Below, one piece after another: positions 1 to 12,918 of a stretch of 64,000 nt of DNA. Under the pieces are notes generated by a model, which made no database searches, was not told the DNA's origin, and saw nothing but the letters and a program-made list of their open reading frames with translations. This DNA comes from Octopus vulgaris (taxonomy: Eukaryota), in contig OX597819.1 in NCBI GenBank assembly GCA_951406725.2, positions 80,786,001 to 80,850,000 on the forward strand. Direction: 5' to 3'. The position numbers were made by a program, and so were the translations under genes. The first letter of the stretch is position 1, and each line of letters opens with the position of its first letter.

Positions 1-84
1 TTTGTCAAAAGAAACCTATAGAATAAGTACAAGACTTATATATATAGAACAATCTTACTTAGAAATGAATGTGTGCGTTTAGTC

Positions 85-346
85 ATATATAAATAAATAA
101 ATAAAACATATGCATATATACATACATATATGTACGTACCTACCTCTACATGTATATATACATGCATATATGGGTACAGGACACCAAAAAAAACGTCGAA
201 CACAATGAGAAACGAAAACATAAACACATGTTTTCGTTTCTCATTGTGTTTGACGTTTTTTTGGTGTCCTGTACCCATATATGCATGTATATATACATGT
301 AGAGGTAGGTACGTACATATATGTATGTATATATGCATATGTTTTA

Positions 347-363
<17 letters not shown>
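85..363. repeat. near-perfect fold-back palindrome (about 137-bp arms, 6-nt loop) inserted at a TA tract inside a SINE
   Basis: 85-221 is the reverse complement of 228-363 apart from a 1-nt homopolymer indel and one CpG transition. Confidence 0.9.
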
Positions 364-409
<46 letters not shown>

Positions 410-1450
410 TAGTGGGGTCAATTTGTTTTGACTAAAATTCTACCATTTGCCTATGTGGTACCCTAGCATGGCTGCAGTCCAATGACTGGAACAAGTAAAA
501 GACAAAAGACGTAAATGAAATATCATTATTTAATGACCCTTTTTCTCATGCTGGCATGGGCTGGACAGATCAACAGGTGTTGCCAAGCCAAACAGCTACC
601 CCACACTTTAATGCCTGCTTTGGCATGTTTTATATGGCTGGATGCACTACCTGATGCCAACCAATTTATAGAATTTATTGGGTGCTTTTTATGTGGCACC
701 AGCATCGGTGAGGTCACCAAGAAACTTGCAAGACAAGACCCTTCACATGAAGGGAGTGTTGTATTGAGGTAGGAGGCTTTGTACCAGGTAAGAGGTTAAA
801 ATATGATAGCAGGAAAGAAGCTGGTGTCTTGTTGTAGAAGAGATACATAGCTACCCCAGTTGGGAAAGAGGGAAGATGGTGATGAAACTGTGTGATAGCA
901 AGAAACATTAATGTATTGTTTAGTCAATAAGCTTTTAAAATGTATACTTTGATATCTGAAAAAGCAGATAGCTGAAATGATAAGATTAATGAGCTTATTT
1001 TTGATTTTGTGATGTGTCTATAGACAGTTTCTTAATAAAATAGCTCAGTCCCAGTAAGATAAAGGATGAAGATCCTCTCTGAGTCATATAAACTCATAGA
1101 GCTTGTTTTCTGGTTTCCATGGTGCATGTATTTTACTCCCTGGATGGGACACCAGTTTGTTCCAAGAAATACTCATTTTTGCCAACTGTGTGAACTGGAG
1201 CAATGTAAAATGTAGTGTTTTGCTCTGGAACACAATGCATCACCTGGTCCAGGAATCAAAACCACAATCTTCGGAACATGAGTACAACCACTTAGTGAAG
1301 CACCTCCTTGCTCAATCCCATTAAATTTTGAAATATAAAATAAGCAATATAACATTTCGTTGTCAAAATAGAACATCTTTTTAACTCATTAAGTCCATGG
1401 AAATGAATAGCAATGGAAATAGCTTTGTCAAAATTAGAATATCTGATGTT

Positions 1451-1797
1451 GGTGCTAAGAGCACCATTCGAGCATGATCGTTGCCAGAGCAGCTAACTGG
1501 CTTCCATGCCGGTGGCATGTAAAAGCACCATTCGAGCGTGATCGTTACCAGCGTCGCCTTACTGACACTTGTGCCGGTGGCATGTGTAAAAACATTCGAG
1601 CGAGGTCGTTGCCAGTACTGCCGGTGTCACGTAAAAGCACCCACTACACTCTCAGAGTGGTTGGCGTTAAGGACATCCAGCTGTAGAATCTCTGCCAGAT
1701 CAAGATTGGAGCCTGGTGCAGCCATCTGGTTCGCCAGCCCTCAGTCAAATCGTCCAACCCATGCTAGCATGGAAAGCAGACGTTAAACGATGATGAT
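1451..1797 (+). mobile_element. RTE LINE 3' UTR fragment with (GAT)n tail
   Basis: Same sequence as the 3' UTR of the RTE at 44956-46097; ends ccatgctagcatggaaagcagacgttaaacgatgatgat. Confidence 0.8.
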
Positions 1798-3804
1798 GGG
1801 GATTAGGGAGTTTGAAGGGTTATGATACACACACTCCATTTTGTATAAGAACATGTTGGAATCTCCAGTTGAAGATGATGTATAAGTGTTCAGTTTTTAC
1901 TAAACAACTTGCACGATGATTTATTTATAGTGATCAAATGTATGTTGTACATTAGCTCATTCCTTCCATCAAATCAACATTACCTGTACAGGTGCACAAG
2001 TGTGCCACATGTCATATGTGGAAATAATCATAGAGCAATGTGAAATGAAGTGTTTTGCTCAAGAACACAATGTACTACCCAATCCAGAAATCAAACTCAT
2101 GATCTAGCAATCATATGTAAAACACCCTAACCACTAAGCCACTGCTTTTACATTTAAAAACATAGAGGGTATGTATTATTTGAAACACTTTACATTACCA
2201 TTGACTAAGTTCAACAGCTTTAAGCTAAGGAATGTAAAAATTGGGATGGGCGTCTGAAAGAATTTCACAATGTACATCTGATACTTCAAATTCTGTTACA
2301 ACTCATTACTAATCTTATGCATCAGTATTTGATCCAGTGATTGTTTTTCCATGTTTAGCTCTATTTGAAATTACTTCACTACAGCTGTAACTGTACAAAT
2401 TTTAGTAGAAGATGACTATGGTTTGTAAAAAGCACTTTTTGAAAACTGGTAAGGGTTGGCAACAGAAAGAGTATCCAACTATAAAAAAAATCTATCTTAA
2501 TAAACTATGGAACCCATGTAAACATGGAAAAGTGGACAGTAAAATGATGATGATGATGATATTAAGCTGTAGTGAAAGCTTCACAACCCACTGAATACTA
2601 CTGAAGAATTCCAGCAAGGACCACCTTTTTCCAAGGATAAGCTTAAGTCAGCAATGCAAATTAAAAGATTAATAATATTCCCTCTGTTTATAATAGGGAA
2701 TTGTTTCTGCCCATTATCTCACTGACGGATGGCCTTAGGACACCAAATGTTCCAGACAAGATGACAGAAGACCAAGATAACTGGTGCTTTGCTGTACTCA
2801 AGAAGACCCATACTCCTCAGTAGAAGTTGTGAGGTCCCCCCCCACAACACACACAAATCGCCTGGTGAACCCAATTGGCATGCAAGAGTCCTGTGCTGGT
2901 GTCCCATAAAAGCATTCATGTAGTGTCACATAAAACCACCCATCACACTTTGTAAAGTGTTTGGCATTAGGAAGGGCATCCAATCATAGAAACCATGCCA
3001 AATCATACGGGAGCCTGGTGCAGCTCTCCAGCTTTGCTAGCTCTGGTCAAACCATTCAACTCATACCAGCATGAACAACATACGTTAAATGATGATAATG
3101 ATTGTATGTATGTATGTATGTATGTATGTATATAAATACTAATAATAATAAATAGTAACAACAAAAGAATGAGACCACGATATTAGAGAAATTGAGGATT
3201 ATTTATATATGTTATAATTGAGAACAAACAGTTAAAGGTTGTCATTATAGTACTCAGAATTTCAAATGTCGGAACGAAGAGCTATGATACATTCTCGTCA
3301 GGTATTAATGGCAACAAACACAATGAAAAAAAAAACCATTGAATGAAAAGGGAAATAATTCTAATAGGTGACAAAAAAAAATACATGCAACTTTATTCTC
3401 AAAACGCATAGACATAAAACCTCCTGCATTTACATCTACATACACACTCACACAACCTTTTACTATTTGTTCTACTGCCAGATCTGACTGGGCCTGATGA
3501 AGCCTTCCAGCTTCACAGACCCCAGTTGAACCGTCCAATCCATGCTAGCATGGAAAACGGATGCTAAATGATGATGATGATGATGATGGGCCTCTCAGTT
3601 TCCATCAATGAAATCCACTTACAAAGCTTTGACCTGGAGCTGTATGAGAAGACACTTGCCCAAGATGCCACACTGTGGAACTGAACCCAAGACCATTTGG
3701 TTAGGAAGCAAATTCTTAACCACACAGCCACACCTTCTCCTACATATATGTTTGATAAAAGAAATAATAGTCTAAAATGCAATTCTTTTCTACATACTTT
3801 TCAG

Positions 3805-3899
3805 ACAGACTTCTCAATATTTATGGAAGTTGTTACACTGCTGGAAACAAGCCAACGATGGGCTGGGGTACTTGGAGGATGTGTACTGTTTAAGAACAA
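3805..3899 (+). CDS. HPS4: HPS4 coding exon (first in window), start of second longin domain
   Basis: ttttcag|...|gtaaat. Translates TDFSIFMEVVTLLETSQRWAGVLGGCVLFKN(K), matching the recalled HPS4 motif [22 protein letters not shown]. Ends in phase 2. Confidence 0.9.
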
Positions 3900-4515
3900 G
3901 TAAATATTTCAGTTACTATTCAGTTTTTTGTATTACACATACATATGAGTTGTGTAAATTTATGTAAATTTTATGTTGACAATGTTAAGAATAGCTTCAA
4001 TGTTTGAACAAAGACTTAGTGTAGTAGTTGTTATATTGTGCTCATAAGCTGTATTAAATAGCCAACCTTTGGACAAAAGTAAAGTGTGATAACAGCAAAA
4101 AGAGTTGAGTGAGGTTGCTGTAGAAAGTGGAAAATCCAAAGACTCCAAAGTGTCTTTCTTCAAGGAAAAGATGCAGAGGGGCTTTGCTTGGAATATATTT
4201 TCTGCTCTGCATGGCAAGTTCACATTACACTTCTTGTTAATTTTACTAAAATGCATAATTTTGTGGGGATAATGCAGAATCATACCTCTCCTCGAAGAAT
4301 GCACTTTTTAAAAAAAATGTTTTCAGATTATTGCGTTTTAGATGTTGGAGATTATGTATAAGGAAAAAAAAATCTTTTTTTAATTCCCCCCGATTTTTTT
4401 TACAGTGGGCTCCTGTGTCTTCAATGACAGAGATTCCGAATATGCAAAAAACCATGTTTTCAAAATTCTAAATTCAATAAGCATATATAACGGACGCTAA
4501 ATGATGATGATGATG

Positions 4516-4552
<37 letters not shown>

Positions 4553-4559
4553 CGTGTAT

Positions 4560-4916
4560 ATTCCGAATGTGGCCGATGCCACCGCCGCCCCGGCTGGCTT
4601 CTGTGCCAGTGGCACATAAAAAGCACCATCCGAACGTTGCCAGCGCCGCCCTGGCTGGCTTCCATGCCGCTGGCACATTAAAAGCTCCAACCGATCGTGG
4701 GCGATGCCGGACTTCCCCTGGCACCTGTGCAGGTGGCATGTAAAAAGCACCCACTACACTCGCGGAGTGGTTGGCGTTAGGAAGGGCATCCAGCCGTAGA
4801 AACTCTGCCAGATCAGACTGGAGCCTGGAGCAGCCCCTGGCTTCCCAGACCCCAATCGAACCGTCCAACCCGTGCTAGCGCGGAAAACGGACGTTAAACG
4901 ATGATGATGATGATGA
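4560..4916 (+). mobile_element. RTE LINE 3' UTR fragment
   Basis: gtgcc-nnn-ggcac-gtaaaaagcacc subrepeats and (GAT)n tail. Confidence 0.8.
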
Positions 4917-5340
4917 TAGATATGAATAAATGGATAAGGATAAATAGAGAGACAAATAAATATATGGATGAAAAAATTCAAAATTTAAAATTGGAGGAGA
5001 GGGTGAAATTTGAGCTCCTTATTAAACATACTGATGTTTGTTTTATGTAAAATGGTATACATTTAATTTACATTTAATTATTTGGCACATAAAAAGCACC
5101 ATCTGAATGTGGTCATTGCCATACCCCTCACCCTGACTGGCTGTATTTCTTCTGCCGTTACGTTCTGAGTTCAAATTCTGCTAAGGTCGATTTTGCCTTT
5201 CATCCTTTTGGGGTCGATAAAGTAGGAGTTATGCACTGGGGTCGATATAATCGATTTAATGCCTTTGTCTGTCCATGTTTGTCCCCTTTTATGTTCAGCC
5301 CCTTGTGAGCAATAAAGAAATAGGAAACTGAAAGAAGTCT

Positions 5341-5418
<78 letters not shown>

Positions 5419-5756
5419 TTATTATGTATGTGTGTCTGTGTTTGTCCTTCTCACCATTTTTCGACAACTGATGCTGGTGTATTTATGACCCTATAACACT
5501 GGGTTTTGGCAAAAGAGACCAATAGAATAAGTCCTGGGGTTGAATTCTTTGACTAAAACCCTTGATGGTGCTGCTCCAGCATGGCCATAGTCAAATGACT
5601 GAAACAAGTAAAAGAATAAAAATATTTTTAAAATATTCACAAATCTATTAATGTGCCTAACTTCTGTGCAGATGTTAAATCATAAAATTATATAATTACT
5701 AAGAAAAATATATTTACATACTCAAAATTCTGTCAAATGAAAACTATCTTTTACAG

Positions 5757-5826
5757 AGTGGTGTACTCACAACTTCCTCTCCAACTAACCAGAACACTTG
5801 CTGCGATTCATGCAGATCTACACAAT
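5757..5826 (+). CDS. HPS4: HPS4 coding exon
   Basis: ttttacag|...|gtaagt. Phase-2 start gives (K)VVYSQLPLQLTRTLAAIHADLHN, cf. HPS4 LIVSTQLPPSLTAKV. Confidence 0.9.
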
Positions 5827-6254
5827 GTAAGTTCACAGGCTTTTCTAACATTGACTTTTTCTTTCTAGGTGCAGGCATGGCTTTGTGGTTAAGAAGCTAT
5901 CTTTACATTCATAGGGTTTCAGGTTCAGTCCCACTGCTTGCCACCTTTGGCAAGTGTCTTGTACTATAGCCCTGAGCTGACCAATGCTTTGTGAGTAGAT
6001 TTGGTAAGCAAAAACCCATGTCTATATATATGTATATAGATAGATAGATAGATAGATAGTTAGAAAAAAAAAGATTAAAAAATCCAGGTAGATATCAATA
6101 AAGCACTCAGTTTTAAAAGAATTTGGTTAACAATATCCAACAATCAGACACTAGTAAATGTAAGTAGAATACACATCCAAGGTAAATCCTCATGTATGAC
6201 AAGCAGATCTAAACATCATTTTGAAGAATTTCAAGAAATTCAGAGTATTTGATA

Positions 6255-6562
6255 ACAAAAAAATGTGTATAGATAAAATCACATCTTTAATTGTAGAATT
6301 CCCGTTCCAAAGCTGATTCTTTTTTTATATTGTATTAACATATTTAGACATAGAAGATATAATTAAAATTAGTATTTCCAAAAATATGTGTTAACACATT
6401 TCCAAGGTGATCCAAAATTTGTGTTAACATATATTTTTCGAAATATTAATTTCAAGAGTATTTTCTATATTCATATATGTTAATGCAATAGAAACAATTG
6501 TTGGCTTTATAAGGTGAATTTCTGCAATTAAGGTATGATTTTCTTTCTGTATTTTTTTGTTT
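6255..6562. repeat. degenerate fold-back palindrome, about 145-bp arms
   Basis: aaaaatatgtgttaacacattt mirrors aaatttgtgttaacatatattttt around 6408; outer arms still complementary. Confidence 0.65.
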
Positions 6563-7479
6563 TATATATATACGTAATTATGTGTCTTTGTGCTTGTGTC
6601 TGCCTTCCCAATCCACCATTTGAAAACCAGTGTTAGTTTGTTTTAGATCCCTTTAACCTAGTGGTTCGGCAAAAGAGACTGATAGAATATGTACCAAGCT
6701 TAAAAAAATAAGAACTGGGGTCAGTCTGTTCAACTATAAAAGGTGTTGCCCCAACATGGCCACAGTCCAATGATTGAATAAGTTGACCAATGTTTCAGAA
6801 GTGAAATTTAGTAGAGACTGTTCTGAATTTCATTGCATGTGTTTGTGTGTATGTAATATTATATATCATAAGCATCATTGTTTTAACAACCTCTTTTTCT
6901 ATGCTTGCATGGGTCAGATGAAATTTGACATGGCAGAATTTTTTAATGGCCAGATGCTCTCCCTACTCCCAACCTTTGTTGTTTTCAAGTAAGATAATAT
7001 TTTCCCCGAGTTCTTCAAACAAAAACCAGCTCAAATTTCATGTAGATTATTGTTATCCACTCTGCTTCAAGTTAAATGATCAATTGATTTCATTAATATA
7101 ATGCAATAACATTTTCCCTTGATGGTCCACTGTAGTTCAGCAGTCAATTGCATTTGCAACATCCAATGCAGAAGTTCCAAACAATCACACTGGTGAAACA
7201 TACAAAGAGAAACAAATGCTATAAACTTGGGTGCGTGTCATAATTTCACACATATATATACATATGGCAATCTCTATCCTACTTAATGTTGTATAATGAC
7301 AGCACTGTATTGTGATTTTAGCATGTGCTTGTGCCACATCATCAGTAAGGCATCTACTGACTGCAAGCTGGCCAAAGGTGCCATGCATTGTAATTGAACC
7401 CAGAACCATGTAGTTTGGAAGTAAACTTATTACAACACAGTCACACTGGTATTTGCAGCTATATGTGTGTGTGTGTGAC

Positions 7480-7784
7480 GGGCCTCCATGCCGGTGGCAT
7501 GTAAAAAGCACCATCCGATCGTGGCCATTGCCAGCCTTACCTGGTCCCATGCCAGTGGCACGTAAAAAGCACCATGCAATTGTGGCCGTTTGCCAGCCTC
7601 GTCTGACACGTAAAAAGCACTCACTACACTCACGGAGTGGTTGGCGTTAGGAAGGGCATCTAGCTGTAGAAACATTGCCAGATCAGACTGGGCCTGGTGC
7701 AGCCTTCTGGCTTCCCAGACCCCAGTTGAACCGTCCAACCCATGCTAGCATGGAAAGCGGACGCTAAATGATGATGATGATGAT
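7480..7784 (+). mobile_element. RTE LINE 3' UTR fragment
   Basis: Same subrepeats and (GAT)n tail as the other copies. Confidence 0.8.
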
Positions 7785-8414
7785 ATATATATTTCTTCAA
7801 ACATCCAAAATGACGAGACCCCTCTGTCACGAGAACTGGTTTCTGTACAATGTCCCTTGAAAAGCTAATTTAAATAGCAAAAACCAGTTGGATTTCATGC
7901 CATCCATATAATATGTATATATTTGTAAAAAGATATTAAACTGTATGAAACAAAGGCATTACTCTTCCACATTTTATATTTTTTTCCACATGTTTTCAAC
8001 TATATATGTGTGTGTGTTACTGAAAGATACACACATTAGTAAGAAATTGGGCATCAAACAAAAGTAGTTTATAATCTTTGTTTTGTCCAAGTTGTGCAGA
8101 CACTCCCTTATTCTCATCATTAGATATGAATTCAGCTTTTGATTGGCTTGTTGGCTTTATATCCAACAATGCTGCTGTTGTTTACTGTTGTGTAATAGAA
8201 TATAAATTGAAATAAATATTTATTTAGAAAATGTAATTTGAATATTTTCTTTGTAAATTTTTATGATTATTCTGAAATATTGTTTTAAAAATTCTCTGAA
8301 TTTCCTCCTGTGGCATATATAGATTTTATATCAATAAATATTAATAAAAATGTTACTTTTTTTTTTGTTTAAACTATTTATTTTCTTTATAAATATATTT
8401 TCTATTTATTTCAG

Positions 8415-8439
8415 CTTGAGAGTGAATCAGTTGATATAG
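8415..8439 (+). CDS. HPS4: HPS4 25-nt micro-exon
   Basis: tatttcag|CTTGAGAGTGAATCAGTTGATATAG|gttcgt = LESESVDI(G). Bridges the phase-0 end of exon 5757-5826 to the phase-1 start of exon 10797. Confidence 0.75.
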
Positions 8440-8792
8440 GTTCGTTTATTGCTTTTACTTACTGCAAACACTTTTCTTGTTCAAATGTAGTTCTGAGTTC
8501 AAATTTTACTGTAGATATCACTTCAAGAGGGACTAATACACCACATGTATGTATATGTCTTGATTTAATGCGTTAAATGGAATTTCTCGTATGGTTATGA
8601 GATTTTCTCAAAACTAGTTGTTTAAAAATCGCAGAGTTATTCCCCTTAAATTTTCTCCGTAATTGAATTTTTACAGATGAACTAATCATACATTATTTTG
8701 TAGCTTCAAGATGTCAACGATTTGATTGCTTATTTTTAGAAATGATATTGTAGAGTCAGTGTAGGAGGCTGGATCTGGCCAGTTTGAACATA

Positions 8793-9586
8793 TGAGGTAG
8801 TATCAAACAGTTCCTGGACTAGTTCTGTAGTACATCAACAAATGGCAGCATGCTGTAGTCTGCAATTTTGTCATGGACAGGAACAAAGAGCCAACGCGAA
8901 ACTTTGCTTTAAACTTAGGAAGTCTGCTACAGAGACACTGAGCATGCTTCGGTAAGCTTATAGTGATAAGGTAATGGATTGTATGCAATGTTTCAAGTGA
9001 CATGGGTGCTTCAAAAGCAGAAGAATGTACTTGGAAAACAATGAGTGATCTGGAAGACCTGCCTTGAGTGTCACCCCCAGAAATGTGGTATTGTGCATCG
9101 AGAATTCATCCCCCAGGGCTATACCATCAGTTGAGAGTCCTACTGTGACCTTTGGAAGCATTTGAGGGAAGGCATTTGGCGAAAGCAATTTGATCTCTGG
9201 AGTATGAAGAAGCAAATTCTTCACAATGACACTGCAGCCTGTCACTGAGGTCTCCTCACTCGTGAGTTTCTCACCAAAAACAACATGGCACTGCTTCTTC
9301 ACCTACCATATTCCCCAGATTTAACACCTGTGGATTTGCATCTCTTTCCCCAAGATGAAAATGCAGCTCAAAGGTCACCGTTTTAACACCGTTAAATCAC
9401 AGAAGGACCTTGACTCACTTACAGAAAATGACTTCTAGGTCAGATTTCGAAAGTGGCAAGAACACTGGCACTGGTGAATTGCTGCACAAGATGACTATTT
9501 TGAAGGAGATTATTTTAAAACTTAGGTAAATAAGTTATTTTTTTATTAAATGTAACTAGTCCAGGAACTTTTTTTATACCACTTCA
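8793..9586 (+). mobile_element. internally deleted mariner transposon nested in a TTAA-type MITE
   Basis: TA|TGAGGTAGTATCAAACAGTTCCTGGACTAGTT...AACTAGTCCAGGAACTTTTTTTATACCACTTCA|TA. Decayed transposase fragments (EQRANAKLCFKLRKSATETL; LPYSPDLTPVDLHLFP). Host MITE ends gctaaaggg|ttaa at 9634. Confidence 0.85.
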
Positions 9587-10796
9587 TAAAACAGAATATT
9601 TGGGTTGGATATGGTCAGTTTAAATGCTAAAGGGTTAAAGCTTTTTATAATATATCGCTAAAAGAAACCATTATTTTAATAAATTGTATGTTTTCTTTAG
9701 TTAGCAGGATTCATGTCGACAATGTTAATCATATAACTTGTCCAAATCCGCTATTCTTTACAAAATGTTCTGTCACAAAGTTACCATTAAAACATTATTA
9801 ACTGAATTTATTATTCCTAGACCAGCTTGAAATAGAATTAGATAAGTGGCTCTCAAATTGGTAACCCTTTTCTTAAAATGGCATCTTAGGGTTTTATAGA
9901 AAAAAATAAAGAAATAAAAAAACAGCTGACTATTTTAATCAAACACAAGCTCATATTTTGTGCAGTAGTTTATCTATCTTTTCTTATACTGTCCCATCCA
10001 ATTTATCTCTACTTTTAGATATTTCCATGAATTAATGCCTATTATGTCACATTTTCATGGAAGTTACTAATGAAGGTTTGAACTTATACAATGAAATTAT
10101 AATGTACTTTGTTGCATCATCAGTCATGTTTTAACTTTCTAATAACACAATGTCTGAGTCACATTTTAACCTTGACAAAGATTGTCTTTGGTTTCAATTG
10201 TTTTGCTTCTAAGAAAAAGCAGGTCTCCTTTCAACGCCCAACTCTGCCCTAGCATTCCCTAGTGTTCCTTTGTGATACACAGTGTCTCCAAGGAGAAACT
10301 GCCGTCCTAGTTAAGAACCACATGTAATGGAATGAAAGATGCATGGGCACACGAGACACACCCTCATTTCAGCAGTGCATATTCAGAAAAAAGAAATCTT
10401 TTAATGCATTAAAGCATTTGATATTTAAAGCAACTTAGGGTGGCAAGCTGACAGAATTAATAGCACACTGGCAAAGTGCATAGCTGCATTTTCATCCATT
10501 TTCACATTCTCGGTTCAGATTCTACTGAGGTTGACTTTGCCTTTCATCCTTTCAGGGTCGATAAAATAAGTACCATTTAAACACTGTGGTTGATGTAATT
10601 GACTTACCCCTCCCTTATAATTGCTGGTCTTGTGCCAAAATTTAAAGTTATTATTTAAAGCAGCTTGGCATATAGGACCCAGGGTGATTTTTGTGACCTT
10701 TTTCGGAAAAAAAAAAGTACATCTTAAATACCATCAAATATAGCTGATTCTTTTCCATTTGTTCATTAAAGAATTTTAATATGGCTCTTTCAACAG

Positions 10797-11201
10797 GTTC
10801 TGTTCCAGAAGGTGGGAGCTTGACAAAGCTATATGTATCTTCTGATATCTATACAAAACTTTATGAAACAACACTACTTCCTAATTCTCAACAATGCAAT
10901 GATTCTAGAAGATTTTCTGTCACAACTGCTGCATCAATTGCTAATATAGCAGAGATTAGTTCAGCATCCAAACCACTGATTAAATCAGCTTTGAGGCCCT
11001 CAAAGAGTTTAGAAGTAAAAACATCAGAAAGTGAGACTGACGATGACCTTTTGGTGAGAGATGACAGTGTGGAATCTGATGACAAAGAATCTGCTGCGAA
11101 GGCCCTTGCTGAGCAGACAAAAGCCCGGGCTGCCTATTTCACTCTCATTTCAGATTCTACCCTTGATTCTGATACTATACATTCAAGGACTTCTCTGAAA
11201 G
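10797..11201 (+). CDS. HPS4: HPS4 coding exon (end of longin 2 plus Ser/acidic linker)
   Basis: tttcaacag|...G|gtattt, inside ORF 10781-11311. GSVPEGGSLTKLYVSSDIYTKL aligns to HPS4 [20 protein letters not shown]. Confidence 0.85.
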
Positions 11202-11562
11202 GTATTTGCAAACATTCATTCTCCTTTTTTTTTTATTGCAAAATAAATCAAAAAACATTTCTTTTTTTACAAAGATTGGTCTTATGCTTGGTCATTCATC
11301 CATTCACTTAATATTCATTTTCCATGCTAGCATGGGTTGGGCAGTCTTGTATTGAAGTATTATTTTACAACTGGATGCCCTTCCTCTCACAAACCCTTAC
11401 CTGTTTTTTCAGGTAATGGATTTTTTATTCCACTTATTTTTAAACATGCAGAATTACAGATGTATTTGATAAAGGACAGGCAATGTGAAGTTATTTTGTT
11501 TTACTCAAATTGTTTCATATGAAGATGCAGAATGTAAACATTCACACACATGCACGCGCGCA

Positions 11563-11563
<1 letters not shown>

Positions 11564-11642
<79 letters not shown>

Positions 11643-11655
11643 CTCTCTCTCTCTC
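11564..11655. repeat. (CA)n(CT)n microsatellite
   Basis: Direct reading. Confidence 0.95.
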
Positions 11656-12918
11656 TTTTCCTCTTTTCTGTTTGTTTCTCTTCCTGCAAGAAATCAACTG
11701 TGAGCTTTCATACTAATTGCTCTCGCAAGGGACATTAATTAATTGACCCAGAACTATAGTAGAAGTCACTTGCCCAACATGTTATGCAGTGAGCTAGAGC
11801 TCAAAAAACAAACTCCATACATGCAGACATGGCCTTTCCTAATATAAAATAATTCATGATTACTTCCAGCTTCGTAATTAAACTGTGATGTAATTAAGCT
11901 ATTATGATCGTATAAAATTACTGCACCACCAGCTTTATTGGTCATATGTTGCTGCAGTAGAATGTTTTTCCTCTGTTATTGTCTGTTACCATATTTCCAA
12001 CATACAAGTTGATTCCATTTATAGTGTAAACATTCAAACATTGTTACCATCATTCTAAATCCTGTTGCATTTCACATGGAATTTTTTGGTCCTTCAAAGT
12101 CATCTTTGTCAGCCTGCCATTTTTGATTGTAGATTTTGGTTTGAAAAATTCAACTTCCATTCTAGAAAATCTGGGTAATATTTTAAGGTTTTTTCTTTTC
12201 TTCAGCTACTACGATAATAATAAAAATGCCAGTTGTATTTGTTGATTTAGGAAGTTGAAATTTGGTAATGGACATTAACCATTAATTCTGACCATGATAT
12301 TTTTAATTATCAACTAGCCATTTAACAGTGAAATACTGTTGTTAAGATGTAAAGGCTTATATGAATTACAGGATGTTACATGTAATTAAGTCAGAGCTGA
12401 TATATGATCAAAGATTTTCTAGTTATGACCATCCCAATTATTTTCTTAGGTTTTGAATATTAAGAGTGCATTATTCAAAGTGTCTCTCCCTTTTCAAATT
12501 GTTAAGAGGATTTAGTTACAGTTTCTAACAGGATGAATACCTGCATAGAAACTCTTTCATTGGTTTGGATAAATACAAATAATATTTTGTATTAGATTTC
12601 ACCATCTATAAGTCTTTTTTGTTAAGAGAGTATTGAATAAAATACATTGCAGTATTTATTCCAGCTCTCTGCACCATGTGTTCAAATCTTATTGAGGTCA
12701 CTTTGGCCTTTCATCATTCCCAGGTTGGTATTTAAAGTTTCAATTCTTCATCTCTCACTTATTTTAAAAATATCTCTGGAATAAATTGGCTGATTCAGAT
12801 GTGGAGAAAGAAGGGTACTGCTTGCTTTAAAAAGCCCAAGGCAGACAATATATCATGATGGCACCACTATGACATCATCAGGTGTTAAAAGATCCTCAAA
12901 CGAAAGGATTTTTTTCTT

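Noticed and set aside
1024-1053. Possible upstream HPS4 mini-exon (tag|...|gtaaga)
   Set aside because: No HPS4 similarity and the donor overlaps the edge of a SINE.
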